The position numbers were made by a program, and so were the translations under genes. From positions 48,432 through 68,431 of the forward strand of contig ML002230.1 of assembly GCA_003614675.1 (NCBI GenBank): a stretch of 20,000 nucleotides of DNA, in the 5' to 3' direction. Shown piece by piece: positions 10,387 to 20,000 of this stretch. The stretch's first letter is position 1. Each line of letters opens with the position of its first letter. The notes under the pieces are model-generated. The model was not told where the DNA came from, did no database searches, and saw only the letters and a program-made list of their open reading frames with translations. This stretch comes from Dimargaris cristalligena (lineage: Eukaryota).

Positions 10387-11319
10387 GTTAGTGTCGGCTT
10401 CGTTGGAATCTCCCTCCCCCGACTCTTCTTTCTTTGTCCGTCTGCATTGGTGCTGACTCCGCATACATTGTCTTTTTTCCTCACGCAGGTGCACCATATC
10501 CATAGGTTCGCCTCTATCAGTCTTCGTCCCTCCCTCTACTGAATAGTTGTTTCCTGTTCGGTCCAACGGTAAGAAGCCTCGCTGACCTTTCTTTGTTTAT
10601 TCCCGCCACGTTGCCTCTCCTAACCCGTGGTTGAGGGAATAGACCATGCTCGTTTGATTTGATGATTTAGTGGACCCTTCCCACACTGGCGCGGGAAGTA
10701 TTCTCTATTCCTCTTCTACTCCCGGACCCGTGGCTTCGAGTGGCCGCAGTGCCGAACTGTTATGGCTCGGCCGTGCCCTTCGCTGACACCTACCTCCTGG
10801 CTAGGCATACTCGACCTCAAACTGAGCTGCCCCGTTATAATCTTCCGCCCCGGCTGTGTTTTATACCAGTGTACTCATACTTTCAGTTGCACTCGTGGTG
10901 GAGGCGGGGACCAGTGCGCGGCTGTAGGGGGGGGGTTAGTGGTGCATACAGGGTGGTGTGGCTGGAGGACTGTGGGGGAGGTAGTAGTAGTAGTAATAGC
11001 GGTTCCCTCTTCACTACCTCTGTCTGGTATATCTTCCCCATGCACGCTTGATTCAATATCGGTCCCTTGCACCCCCTCTTCTTACAACCCTAACCCTAAC
11101 CCTTTACCACCCCACACCCCACCTGGCCTTTGGTCTGTGGTTCATTTCATCAACTAACCTATTCCCCCTATTATCCTTGCCCTTGTTATTTTCTCCGGTT
11201 CATTTCACTACTGTGGGTTATTCTCTGCCCATCCCCTCCCTCTCCTCATTGGATGGTGGATCGCCCTCCTGTTTTTTCCCTGGGATTGCCTGGTCTCGTC
11301 TCCCTAAACCCGCTCGCAG
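10387..11319 (+). other. Predicted 5'-UTR introns of the G-alpha gene: 10387-10488 and 10569-11319
   Basis: GTTAGT..GCTGAC..pyrimidine tract..CAG, and GTAAGA..ACTAAC..CAG. Removing both leaves an ATG-free pyrimidine-rich leader from about 10140 to the start codon, while the long intron contains several ATGs. Confidence 0.6.
11086..11103. repeat. (AACCCT)3 telomere-like repeat
   Basis: Three tandem copies of the complement of TTAGGG inside the predicted UTR intron. Confidence 0.75.
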
Positions 11320-11366
11320 CCCTCTCCACCTTTCCCGGACACACCTGAATATTCCCTCTCGTCACC

Positions 11367-12616
11367 ATGGGTTGCTGCATGAGCCAAGAAGATATTGAAG
11401 GGAAGCGCAAAAATGAAGAAATCGAAAATCAGCTCAAGCGCGATAAAATGACCATGCGGAACGAGGTCAAGATGCTTCTACTAGGTAAGTTAGATGTCCC
11501 GATCCTATCCTATCCTGTCTAGCCACTACTTTCCTAAACATAGCCCTTCTGCCACTAGAATTATTGGCATTATATAGGCATATTGGCTTATTCTTTCAAC
11601 ACCACTCATGTCCTACAGCTGACTAACCCACTAGCAATTTCCATTTCCATCCTCCACTTTGCACCATTCCAGGGGCCGGTGAATCCGGTAAAAGTACCAT
11701 CCTCAAACAGATGAAGCTCATCCACGACGGGGGCTACAGTCGGGAGGAACGTGAATCGTTCAAGGAAATCATCTTCTCCAATATCATCCAGTCTATGCGC
11801 GTTATTATCGAAGCCATGGAGAATATGCAAATCCCCCTGGCTTCTCCCGAAAACCGCAAGCATTCCGAAGTGGTCCTGAGCCTTCCCGTTCAATTCGAGA
11901 ACGACGTTCTACCACGGGAAGCCGCCGTCGCCGTGGCCTCCCTCTGGCAGGACGCCGGGGTGCGTGCCTGCGTCCAACGGTCCCGTGAATTCCAGCTAAA
12001 TGACTCAGCCACCTACTACTTTGATGCCATGGACCGGATCGGCCAGGCCTCCTATGTCCCCACCGACCAGGATGTCCTGCGGTCCCGGGTCAAAACTACC
12101 GGTATCACCGAAACCACCTTTATTGTCGGCGAATTGACCTACCGCATGTTGGACGTGGGCGGTCAGCGGTCCGAGCGGAAGAAGTGGATCCACTGTTTCG
12201 AGAATGTCACCGCCATTCTGTTCCTGGTGGCCATTAGCGAATACGACCAGGTATTAATTGAGGACGAGACCGTAAACCGTATGCAGGAGGCCCTGACCCT
12301 GTTTGACTCCATCTGCAACTCCCGCTGGTTCGTCCGTACCTCCATCATTCTGTTCCTTAACAAGATTGATATTTTCCGGGAGAAGCTGCCCAAGTCACCG
12401 CTCAAGAACTATTTCCCCGATTACGACGGTGGCAACAATTACGACATGGCCTGTGACTATTTGCACAAGCGGTTCGTATCTTTGAACCAGTCTGATACCA
12501 AGCAGGTCTACACGCACTTCACGTGTGCCACCGATACTCACCAGATTAAGTTCGTCATGGCTGCCGTGAATGATATTATTATCCAGGCCAATCTCCGCAA
12601 CTGTGGTCTACTCTAA
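11367..12616 (+). CDS. Heterotrimeric G-protein alpha subunit, fungal group I (Gi-like; GNA-1/FadA type), 353 aa. Exons: 11367-11484, 11673-12616
   Basis: N-terminal MGCCMS (myristoylation/palmitoylation motif), G1 GAGESGKST split by a phase-1 intron, G2 RVKTTG, G3 [10 protein letters not shown]4 NKID, G5 TCATD, and the C-terminal CGLL typical of group I. Confidence 0.97.
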
Positions 12617-15205
12617 CCCTCTAAATTTATACCTAGCTCCTTTTCTTTGGGCCGAATCTGCACTCTCCCGTGCCACCCACCACCAGGTTCAGTTCTGGCC
12701 CATGCCCTATTTTCGGAGGTGGTTCTCTCTCAACTTAGCACTCCTCCCCCCTCACACTTCCATTCACCAGGGGCGATGAGTATTATGCTGACTCCTCGCT
12801 CCCTCCCACCTTTCACTTATAATATAATCCGCTTCTTTCCGCACCCCCCCACTTTCTTTTCTAAACCGCTTGCGTTTGTCTATTCACTTGCCGTTGCCTG
12901 TTTGTTACAGTTCTTTTGGCTACAACCCCCCCTAACGCCCTCTCCGCATACTTAGGGGGCATTATGCTATCTCTCCCGCTACCCCATTCGAGTAATTATT
13001 CGTTTATTCCCTAATGCTATCTTTAAATTCTGGTTGTTTTTATCATCAGTTCATATTTCAATATTGCCCGACTCTACTATTCCTATGGACAGTTGAGGAA
13101 ATTCATTCTAATGACGTCTGTAATTGAACCTTACTTTACCTTCTCTATCAAATTGTTGTACTACTATCCTGTGTATACTGTAGTGAACGGCCAACCTGGG
13201 CCTTTGTGGGCGTGCGACTATAACTGGTGGTCGTTTCTGGATCTGGACAGCTCATGTTCCCTAAGCTACGCTGGTGATGTAAGCTGTTTTTGGGTAGATT
13301 CGGGGCGTGTATTATTTCTATGTAAGGATATTCCTCTCTAGATGTATGTGTAGAGGGTTACTTTCAGTTGCCGAGTGATTAGGGCGAAGCACCTGGGTGT
13401 ATTCCACTATAAGTTACAATTTTAGGCTGTGTCGATAAAGGGCTTATCGTAGACTTTTCGGCTAGGCTAGTAGTGGTGCTTCCTTCCATTGGTTAGCCCA
13501 TCAATTGATCTTCGGGACAGAGCCTTCCGGAAATAGGGTGTGAGCCATACGATCCAAAGGACAATGGTGCATACGGTAGGTTTCTTCGGCACCTAAAAGG
13601 CTCCACAGACGATTTGGAGGGACGCATGCATTGCGAGCTAATTGCGACTCACTCGAATTAACACCAGCCGATGTTGTGGATGGTCCTGATGGACCATGTC
13701 CTCTTCTTGGTTGATGATCTCTGGCTATATCCGGTATTAGCAATGATTAATCAGCTATTTGGCATACCGGCCTTACCAAAATATACTTGCTTACATTTGT
13801 GTCTTGTTTATAACATATTTTAGGATCAATATCAACCAATATTGTGTTTCTCCAATACACAGGCACTGCGGTTTTATCCTCCTTCCCTCCGACTTCGACT
13901 TTGGCCTGAACTTCCATTCATTGACTTCTAGCCACAATCGGTTCAGTTGCCGCCTATTGTGCTCACGCAGCTTACGTTTATGAGGCTTAATTGCAGTGTT
14001 GTGGTCAACCGCCGCTTGGAAGATTCGGCTTAATCCTCTCTACACCACTAGCAACTCCAGGCCGATGGACCCGTGTCGCCGACAGCCAAGATCGGGGATT
14101 AGAGAGCCGTGGTTGATTATAGGGAGAGGTGTTATCCCTGCGATTGGTATATTAGAGGGGGTGTGTGGCGGCCATTTGATTAAGAGCTAGCCAACCGGGT
14201 TGCTGGTCCGGTGACGAAGCCAGGCGCCGAGGAAAGGGTTAGAGGATGGAGGAGGTTTACAGTAAATCTCTTAGCAAGCCCTGCCCTGACCTGGTGTGGT
14301 GTGGTGTGGTCCGGAGCAGCCCTAGACAAAGGAATCTTCTTGCCTAATTTCGGGGCCCATGTTGACTGCCAGGGGCATGGTCGTCTGAGTCGATATCCGG
14401 GGGTAACTTTATGCTGAATGACCTCGCCAGCTCAAGCGGGCGGGGGTCGGAAAGGGTGTCATTTATAAACTGCGGTGAGTGGGCCGTTAGGGTGTGGAGT
14501 AGGTAGGGCCTAGCTGCAGGACCTGAGTGTTCCTTGTGCAATTGTTTAGGAAGCGGAGAATAGTTGACGTTGGCCAGCAGCAACAATAGGCCGGGCGTTT
14601 TCACTGGCGGATTGTCTATTTAGTGTGGCTAATACTAATACTAACAATATACCCCTCTCACTCATCCATATGTCCTTTTTTCTTATATCCTTACCCTCAC
14701 GCACGTCGCCTTCCGCCGAGCCCCCGCTGGATTATCTCCGCCCCGAGCATGGCACTCTCTCTTTCCCGTTCCTTTCCTTCTCTCTCTCCCCTTATTTCCT
14801 TTCAGTGTCTTTCCTTTCTCCGTTCCCGCCTTGTTTTCGGGTGACTTGACATGCCCTCCCCGCTTATACGGTGCCATCTAGCCCGCGATTCCCTCCATCC
14901 GGTTCCCCTTACTTTTTAAAACTCCGCAACGAACCCCGACTTGCTCTGCTTCAAGCTTATTCATTCCCGAATAGTACACCGTTCTGAGTTATTTGTGCCC
15001 CACGCGCTCCCTCGTATTCCATATTATCCAATCCTAGTCGTTGTTTGTACACAAACCGTTGGTGTATCCCTATATCTCTCTCTCTCTATACCTTCTTACT
15101 CTAACTATTCTTAGCTTGCCCGGGAATATAATAGCAGCTCTTCCTGTTCGGTAGTCCCGGTTGGCCAACCCCTCGGCTCGGTCGTAATATTAATTACGCT
15201 GCTCT

Positions 15206-16026
15206 ATGCATACCCGGTTTGCACAGTCGCCCCTGGGTTACTTCGGGGGACTATCGCTGCTCGTTCTGGTCCCCCAGGCCGTCGCCCTGAATAACTTCAC
15301 CATTTCAAACTTCACCTCGGTGTTTCTAGAGAACCGAATCACCACCTTCAGCGGCGTCAACTCCCCCGAGCCTCCCAACCTAACCTACATTAACTGGTCC
15401 TATTCCCTGGACTTAAGCGAGTCCGTGCAGACCAATAAACCCACCTGGGAAAACGATGCCGTCAGCCGGGTGGGTGCTCCACAGGTCCAGAGTGCCGCCG
15501 CCGTGGCCGTTACCGTTCCCTCCGGTCCCTCGGTTTTCCTCTACGGCGGCGACTGTCGGCCGACTGATGTGGGCAATAGTTCCCTATTTATATATTCTTG
15601 GAAGGACCAGGACTGGAGTCGGCCTACCGTGTCTATTCCGCGTCGGTACAGTCCGTCGGCCGTTTGGGCCCCCAAGTACAACCGCATCGTCTATTTTGGG
15701 GGTAGTCGAGTGACCGACAAGTGCGGGTCGACCTACGAGGCAACCGACGACCTCGTGTTCATGGACCCCGTCAGCTTAAGCATATCCACATCGTCGGTCA
15801 CCGATAGCCGCCCCACCCCGCGGTTCGGCCATCGGGCGGTGATGTTGGACGACGACCGGATGGCTATTATCGGTGGTTACGGTAATGTCCGGACAGCCGC
15901 CAATCGCGTGTACGTGTACCACCTGGGCCTGGACCGGTGGGCCTATCAGGACCTTGACGGTATCGATTTCAGTAATTTTATTAATTTCAGCGCTGTTGGT
16001 AAGTAAATCTCCTCTATCTTTCTCAG

Positions 16027-16064
<38 letters not shown>

Positions 16065-17042
16065 TCCGTCTGGATTGGCTTGAACATTCTCTATTTATTA
16101 ACGAAGCGTAACAGGGATGTCCTCATACTAGCTTAATCTCTGCCACGAAGGTGCCGCCCCCCCTTCCTCTGCACCGCTCTGACCCTTTTTACTATGTTTA
16201 TCCAATCGCTATTATACCCAATGGACATCTCTGTAGTCCGCAACGGCAAGGTGATCATGGTGGGTGGTTACCTCAACGCCCCGTCCGACTCCTTCTCCCG
16301 GGGCATTTCGGTCCTCGATACAACAGCAAACCCCTGGACGTTCAGCACCGTTGACAACAAGGATCTGGCGTACGGTCGCATCAGTGGTGGATTAACCCTC
16401 GTGGGTAACTATCTGTTTGTTTATTTCGGGTACCCCGAGGCTAATAAATTCGACCAGCTGGTTATCCTCGATGCCGATTCGTTGAATAGCGTCGACATTT
16501 ACTCGCCTGACCAGGCCGGTACCATTGTCGATACCTCCTTAATGGTCAAATCTCCCACCGCCCTGGGGGCAAGTGGGTCTGACTCCTCCTCGGCATCGTT
16601 AAGCGTCGGGGCTATCGTAGGGATTGCCGTGGGTGGAGGGGTGCTTCTAATAATTTTGGGGGCGTTCGTTTGGTGGTTCTTTTTCCGACGTATCGACGGT
16701 GGCAAAACGCGGTTTGGCCAGTTACGCCGCAAACCATCCGGACTCGGTATGTTGGACCGGATGGGCTTGTGGAAGGACGGACAGCCCAATCATTTCGGGG
16801 CCTACGGGGGTCGGAAATCCAGTGAGAATCGGTTTACCCTGGAAACCCACGACGACAACACCAAGGTGGGCTCACCGACTGGCACCAATGTATCGAATCA
16901 CGCTTCCACGGGACGGCCGGCTACCCCGCTTCGGAATGACAGCTACGAACCCAACCTGGGAAATATGATGGTCCAGACCGTTCTGGTGCCCCGCCCGAAT
17001 CTCAAAGTCGTGAACCACGAAGATCTCGAGGAATCGGGATGA
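15206..17042 (+). CDS. Type I membrane protein: signal peptide, extracellular kelch/galactose-oxidase-like beta-propeller, single TM helix, cytoplasmic tail; 532 aa. Exons: 15206-15998, 16237-17042
   Basis: Hydrophobic N-terminus (LSLLVLVPQAVA). Kelch blades VFLYGG, RRYSPSAV..IVYFGG, PTPRFGHRAV..AIIGG..VYVYHL..W, VIMVGG and YLFVYFG. Several N-x-S/T sequons. TM VGAIVGIAVGGGVLLIILGAFVWWFFF followed by RR. A phase-1 GTAAGT..TAG intron joins the two ORFs in frame. Confidence 0.88.
16032..16060. repeat. (TA)14 microsatellite in the kelch gene intron
   Basis: 29 nt of perfect T/A alternation. Confidence 0.9.
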
Positions 17043-17931
17043 TGGCGTTCCCATTATTATAATTATTATTACTGCTGTTGTCATTCCCAGGTATTCTGTT
17101 TGTCGTCGAACTTGTTCAAGCGAACGGTGATATATAGTGCCTTTCATCGTTTGTCTATAAATTAATCCGTTAATACTTTCTTTGCTCTAATAATTCTTGG
17201 TTTTACTCTTATGATTGAATCGTATTACCTTCTCTATCCATCTGCATTCGCGTGTCTCTACTCCTTTGGTCAAACCACATTCATTATTTGTGACCCCTCC
17301 TCACTCCCCCGCTTATCTCTCCCTCTGCTATACCAACAGTGTATGATCTCGTTCATTCTATTAAACTACTTCATGTGATACTTCTTCCCCTGCTCGAAAC
17401 CACAGAATTGGACCGGAAATATACTGAGCCGCCTTGGGGGTTGAAGCAGAGGTTGATTTCTACTAGATCTATGGGACTCAATTTCACTAATACCATTTTC
17501 CTCAATCGTTTCTGGTACTACTCTATTACTGTCCTCTGGCTGGCTTTGGGAGGGGTTCTTCTGCTGGGATTAATACCTTGCCTTAGACTAGGTTACACAA
17601 TACCAAGTAAATTTGCTTTGCTTCGACTCTGGGCTGGGTATATGGGGTGGGGCAGGTGGGAGAACTAAAAGGGTGGTTCGTTTAACCTGTGACTTAGATG
17701 GTAATCGTCCAATTGGAGGGTGAGTGGGTGTGGTGCGTACCTCTCCTCCTCCTCCTTTAATTTTCCGTTTATCGCGCTTTTATCTCCCAACCCTCGTCGT
17801 CTCGGTCCCATTCTCCAAGTCCCTGGCATTTCCTTTCGTCCGTTTTTATATTTGCGTTTACAAGCAACTTTTCCACCGGCAAGTATACCTCTTCTTCTCG
17901 CACCCGTCCGTCCAATTCTACCCCACCCCAG

Positions 17932-18105
17932 GTAGGTGCATGGCGATAGCCGCTCGTTACCGCCGTCCGTCCCTCGACCCATTTAGACTTTCGTTTATTC
18001 GTAGAGTCCCATTGCTAACCAATTCTCTCACTCTCTTTCTGTATTTTGGCTCTTTTTTTTTTCGGCCCCGTACCATCTCTCCTACCATTGTTGCATTCCA
18101 CTTAG
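17932..18105 (+). other. Predicted 5'-UTR intron of the PRS gene
   Basis: CAG|GTAGGT donor, GCTAAC branch motif at 18014-18019, AG-free pyrimidine tract, and TAG acceptor 15 nt before CCGCC-ATG. Confidence 0.65.
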
Positions 18106-18120
18106 CCCTCGTCCACCGCC

Positions 18121-19485
18121 ATGAAACACGCTCTAATCTTCTCGGGGTCGTCGCACCCCGAGCTAACCCGTCTCATTTGCGACCGCCTCGGCAGCCACGT
18201 CGCCCCCGCCACCCTGAAACGCCACAAGAACCACGAAAGCTCTGTGGAGCTGGGCATGTCGGTGCGCGACAAGGACGTCTACATTGTTCAGTCGGGCTCC
18301 AATCTCGTCAACGACCATATTATGGAGCTCCTGATCCTCATTCACGCCTGCCAAATTGCCTCGGCCCGGAAGATCACTGCCGTACTGCCCTACTTCCCCT
18401 ATTCCAAACAATCGAAGAAGAAGAAGAAGCGGGGCCCCATTACCGCCAAACGTAAGTAAATGTGTCCCTCTCTTACCCCACCCCACCCGATATACACACA
18501 GTCCGCTCCGTTCGGTGTAACCCCAGTGGTTGGAAACGGGCGACTAGACCCTGGGGTGGTAAGGCCACCACTCTATCGTTTCTGGAGTATCTGCCCCTAT
18601 TCCCCTTATTAACAATCGACCATGGCGTAGTGACCCCACTCCCTACCGTCTGTCTTGTTACCCGTTTATTTCCTGACCGCAGTCCTGGCCAACATGCTCA
18701 GCGTTGCCGGGGTTGACCATGTTATTACCATGGACCTCCACGCTTCCCAGATGCAGGGCTTCTTCCGCAATCCCGTGGATAACCTCTATGCCGAGCCGAG
18801 CCTGGCCAAATGGATTACCGAACACATCCCCGACTACCAGGATGCCGTAGTCGTGGCCAAGAACGCCGGCGGGGCCAAGCGAGTGACCTCTCTGGCCGAT
18901 TGTCTCCATGTCGAGTTTGCCCTGATCCACGCCGATGGCTCGTCCCGTAATCATATCTGCCGCCCCAGTCTCGAGCGGTTCGCCTCCGCACTGGAACTCA
19001 GTTCCCAGGGCCAGGTCAACCTCGAGTCGGACGACAATGTAACCGACGTTGACGAGGAAGCGGCCCAGCGGGTGGAAGAGGTCTCGGAGCCCAGCCAACC
19101 TACCCCCGTTGAGCCCGAGTCCCCCTTGCCCCGCATGACCCTGGTCGGCGATGTCACCGACAAACTGGTTCTCTTGATGGACGATATGGTCGACTCGAGT
19201 AACTCCTTCCTAAACGCCGCCCACTTCCTCAAGAGCCAGTGCCGGGCAAAGGCCGTCTACATCGTGGCCGTGCACGGCATTCTTTCGGGCGAGTCGCTCC
19301 AGAATGTCCAGAGCTGCCCCGACGTGGACCAGATTATTGTGACCAACACTCTGCCCATTGACGAGACCGCCTGCCTAAATTCCAGCAAGCTCAAAGTGGT
19401 CGACGTTTCGAATGTCTTTGCTGAAGCGATTCGCCGTACCCATAACGGTGAATCCATATCCTACCTGTTCCAGCATGTGGCCTAG
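18121..19485 (+). CDS. PRS1: Ribose-phosphate pyrophosphokinase (PRPP synthetase), fungal Prs1-type subunit with a loop insertion, 377 aa. Exons: 18121-18451, 18683-19485
   Basis: FSGSSHPEL, SVRDKDVYIVQSG, VNDHIMELLI, ITAVLPYFPYSKQ, ITMDLHASQMQGFF..PVDNL, LVGDV..DDMVD and AEAIRRTHNGESISYLF. The variants YSKQSK..RGPITA and KNAGG plus the insertion match the Prs1 subtype. The family call is firm; the orthology symbol is less so. Confidence 0.92.
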
Positions 19486-20000
19486 TCCGTGGCACTGCCC
19501 CGGGTTTGTCCCCATTTCGTTATTGAACATATTTTTATTTCTAGCCTGTGCGCCACGCCACCCCATTCCCCTCTAAATGAGTAATGCAATGACATCATAT
19601 TGGCCAAGGGAGCCTTAGGATACCGCTGACTAGCATTAAAATGAAACAACCCTAACCGCCAGCTCAACTAACGAATGAACAATGGGGTGATTCCCGTGAC
19701 TTGGGTTGGGAGTCCAGCGGGACAAGCACCCGTTCCACGAAAGTTGTATTAAACTGTTTTATTTTCCCTCGACGCCGGGGCATTTAGTTAAATTTATAGC
19801 GAATTACAGATAAATAGGGGCTGGAGAAAAAAGGGTTCTCCCTAACCTGTTGGCAAATACAATAAGGATGGGTGAAAATGCTCCGGATGGGCTCTAAATG
19901 CGCTGAGCTCCGTTTAGAAGCGACTGATATCACGGCCCAGAATCCAAGTCAAAAACCAATAGGCTGGAATGAGGATTTTGTTCTTTAGGGATACACTCAT

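Noticed and set aside
10660..10786. TGATGA...GTGCCCTTC-G-CTGA as a C/D snoRNA against 18S GAAGGGCAC
   Set aside because: The C box lacks the leading purine, complementarity is only 9 nt, there is no terminal stem, and I know of no modification at that site. Compatible with chance.
11086..11103. Telomerase RNA template or chromosome end
   Set aside because: Three repeats exceed the usual ~1.5-repeat template, no U-rich/A-rich pseudoknot strands are nearby, and the site is internal to a gene.
13000..14620. Short ORFs between G-alpha and the kelch gene
   Set aside because: All under 90 aa, on both strands, with no domain features. Consistent with intergenic noise.
15206..17042. Kelch protein as a Gpb1/Gpb2-like partner of the adjacent G-alpha
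   Set aside because: The signal peptide and TM topology place the propeller outside the cell. Gpb/Krh proteins are cytosolic and act with the group III G-alpha Gpa2.
17339..17668. 109-aa hydrophobic ORF between the kelch and PRS genes
   Set aside because: Non-ATG start, T-rich composition explains the hydrophobicity, and no recognisable family.
18163..19232. Long antisense ORFs over PRS (also over RPT5, the kinase and G-alpha)
   Set aside because: Expected shadows of GC3-rich codon usage, with no independent evidence.

Overview
Gene-dense, intron-containing fungal genomic DNA. Intron size, splice signals and gene content suggest an early-diverging (non-Dikarya) fungus, but this is inference and the organism cannot be identified from the window. 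It holds five complete spliced protein genes whose exons I joined in frame by hand: RPT5 proteasome ATPase (-, 7 exons), a PDK1/Pkh/Ksg1-type kinase (-, 3 exons), a group I G-alpha (+, 2 coding exons), a signal-peptide/kelch/single-TM surface protein (+, 2 exons) and a Prs1-type PRPP synthetase subunit (+, 2 coding exons). There is also one tRNA-Gln(CTG). I see no mobile element, CRISPR array or clearly novel multi-gene system. The most notable observations are: a PDK1 that lacks a PH domain and ends in a Cys-rich tail, with a possible alternative microexon; a kelch receptor with a Wsc-type C-terminal motif; a likely catalytically impaired PRS subunit; and recurrent G-U-supported sense-strand hairpins in the longer introns, including a 12-bp stem abutting a 3' splice site and a candidate orphan C/D snoRNA. 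All RNA structures were found by eye and are untested.
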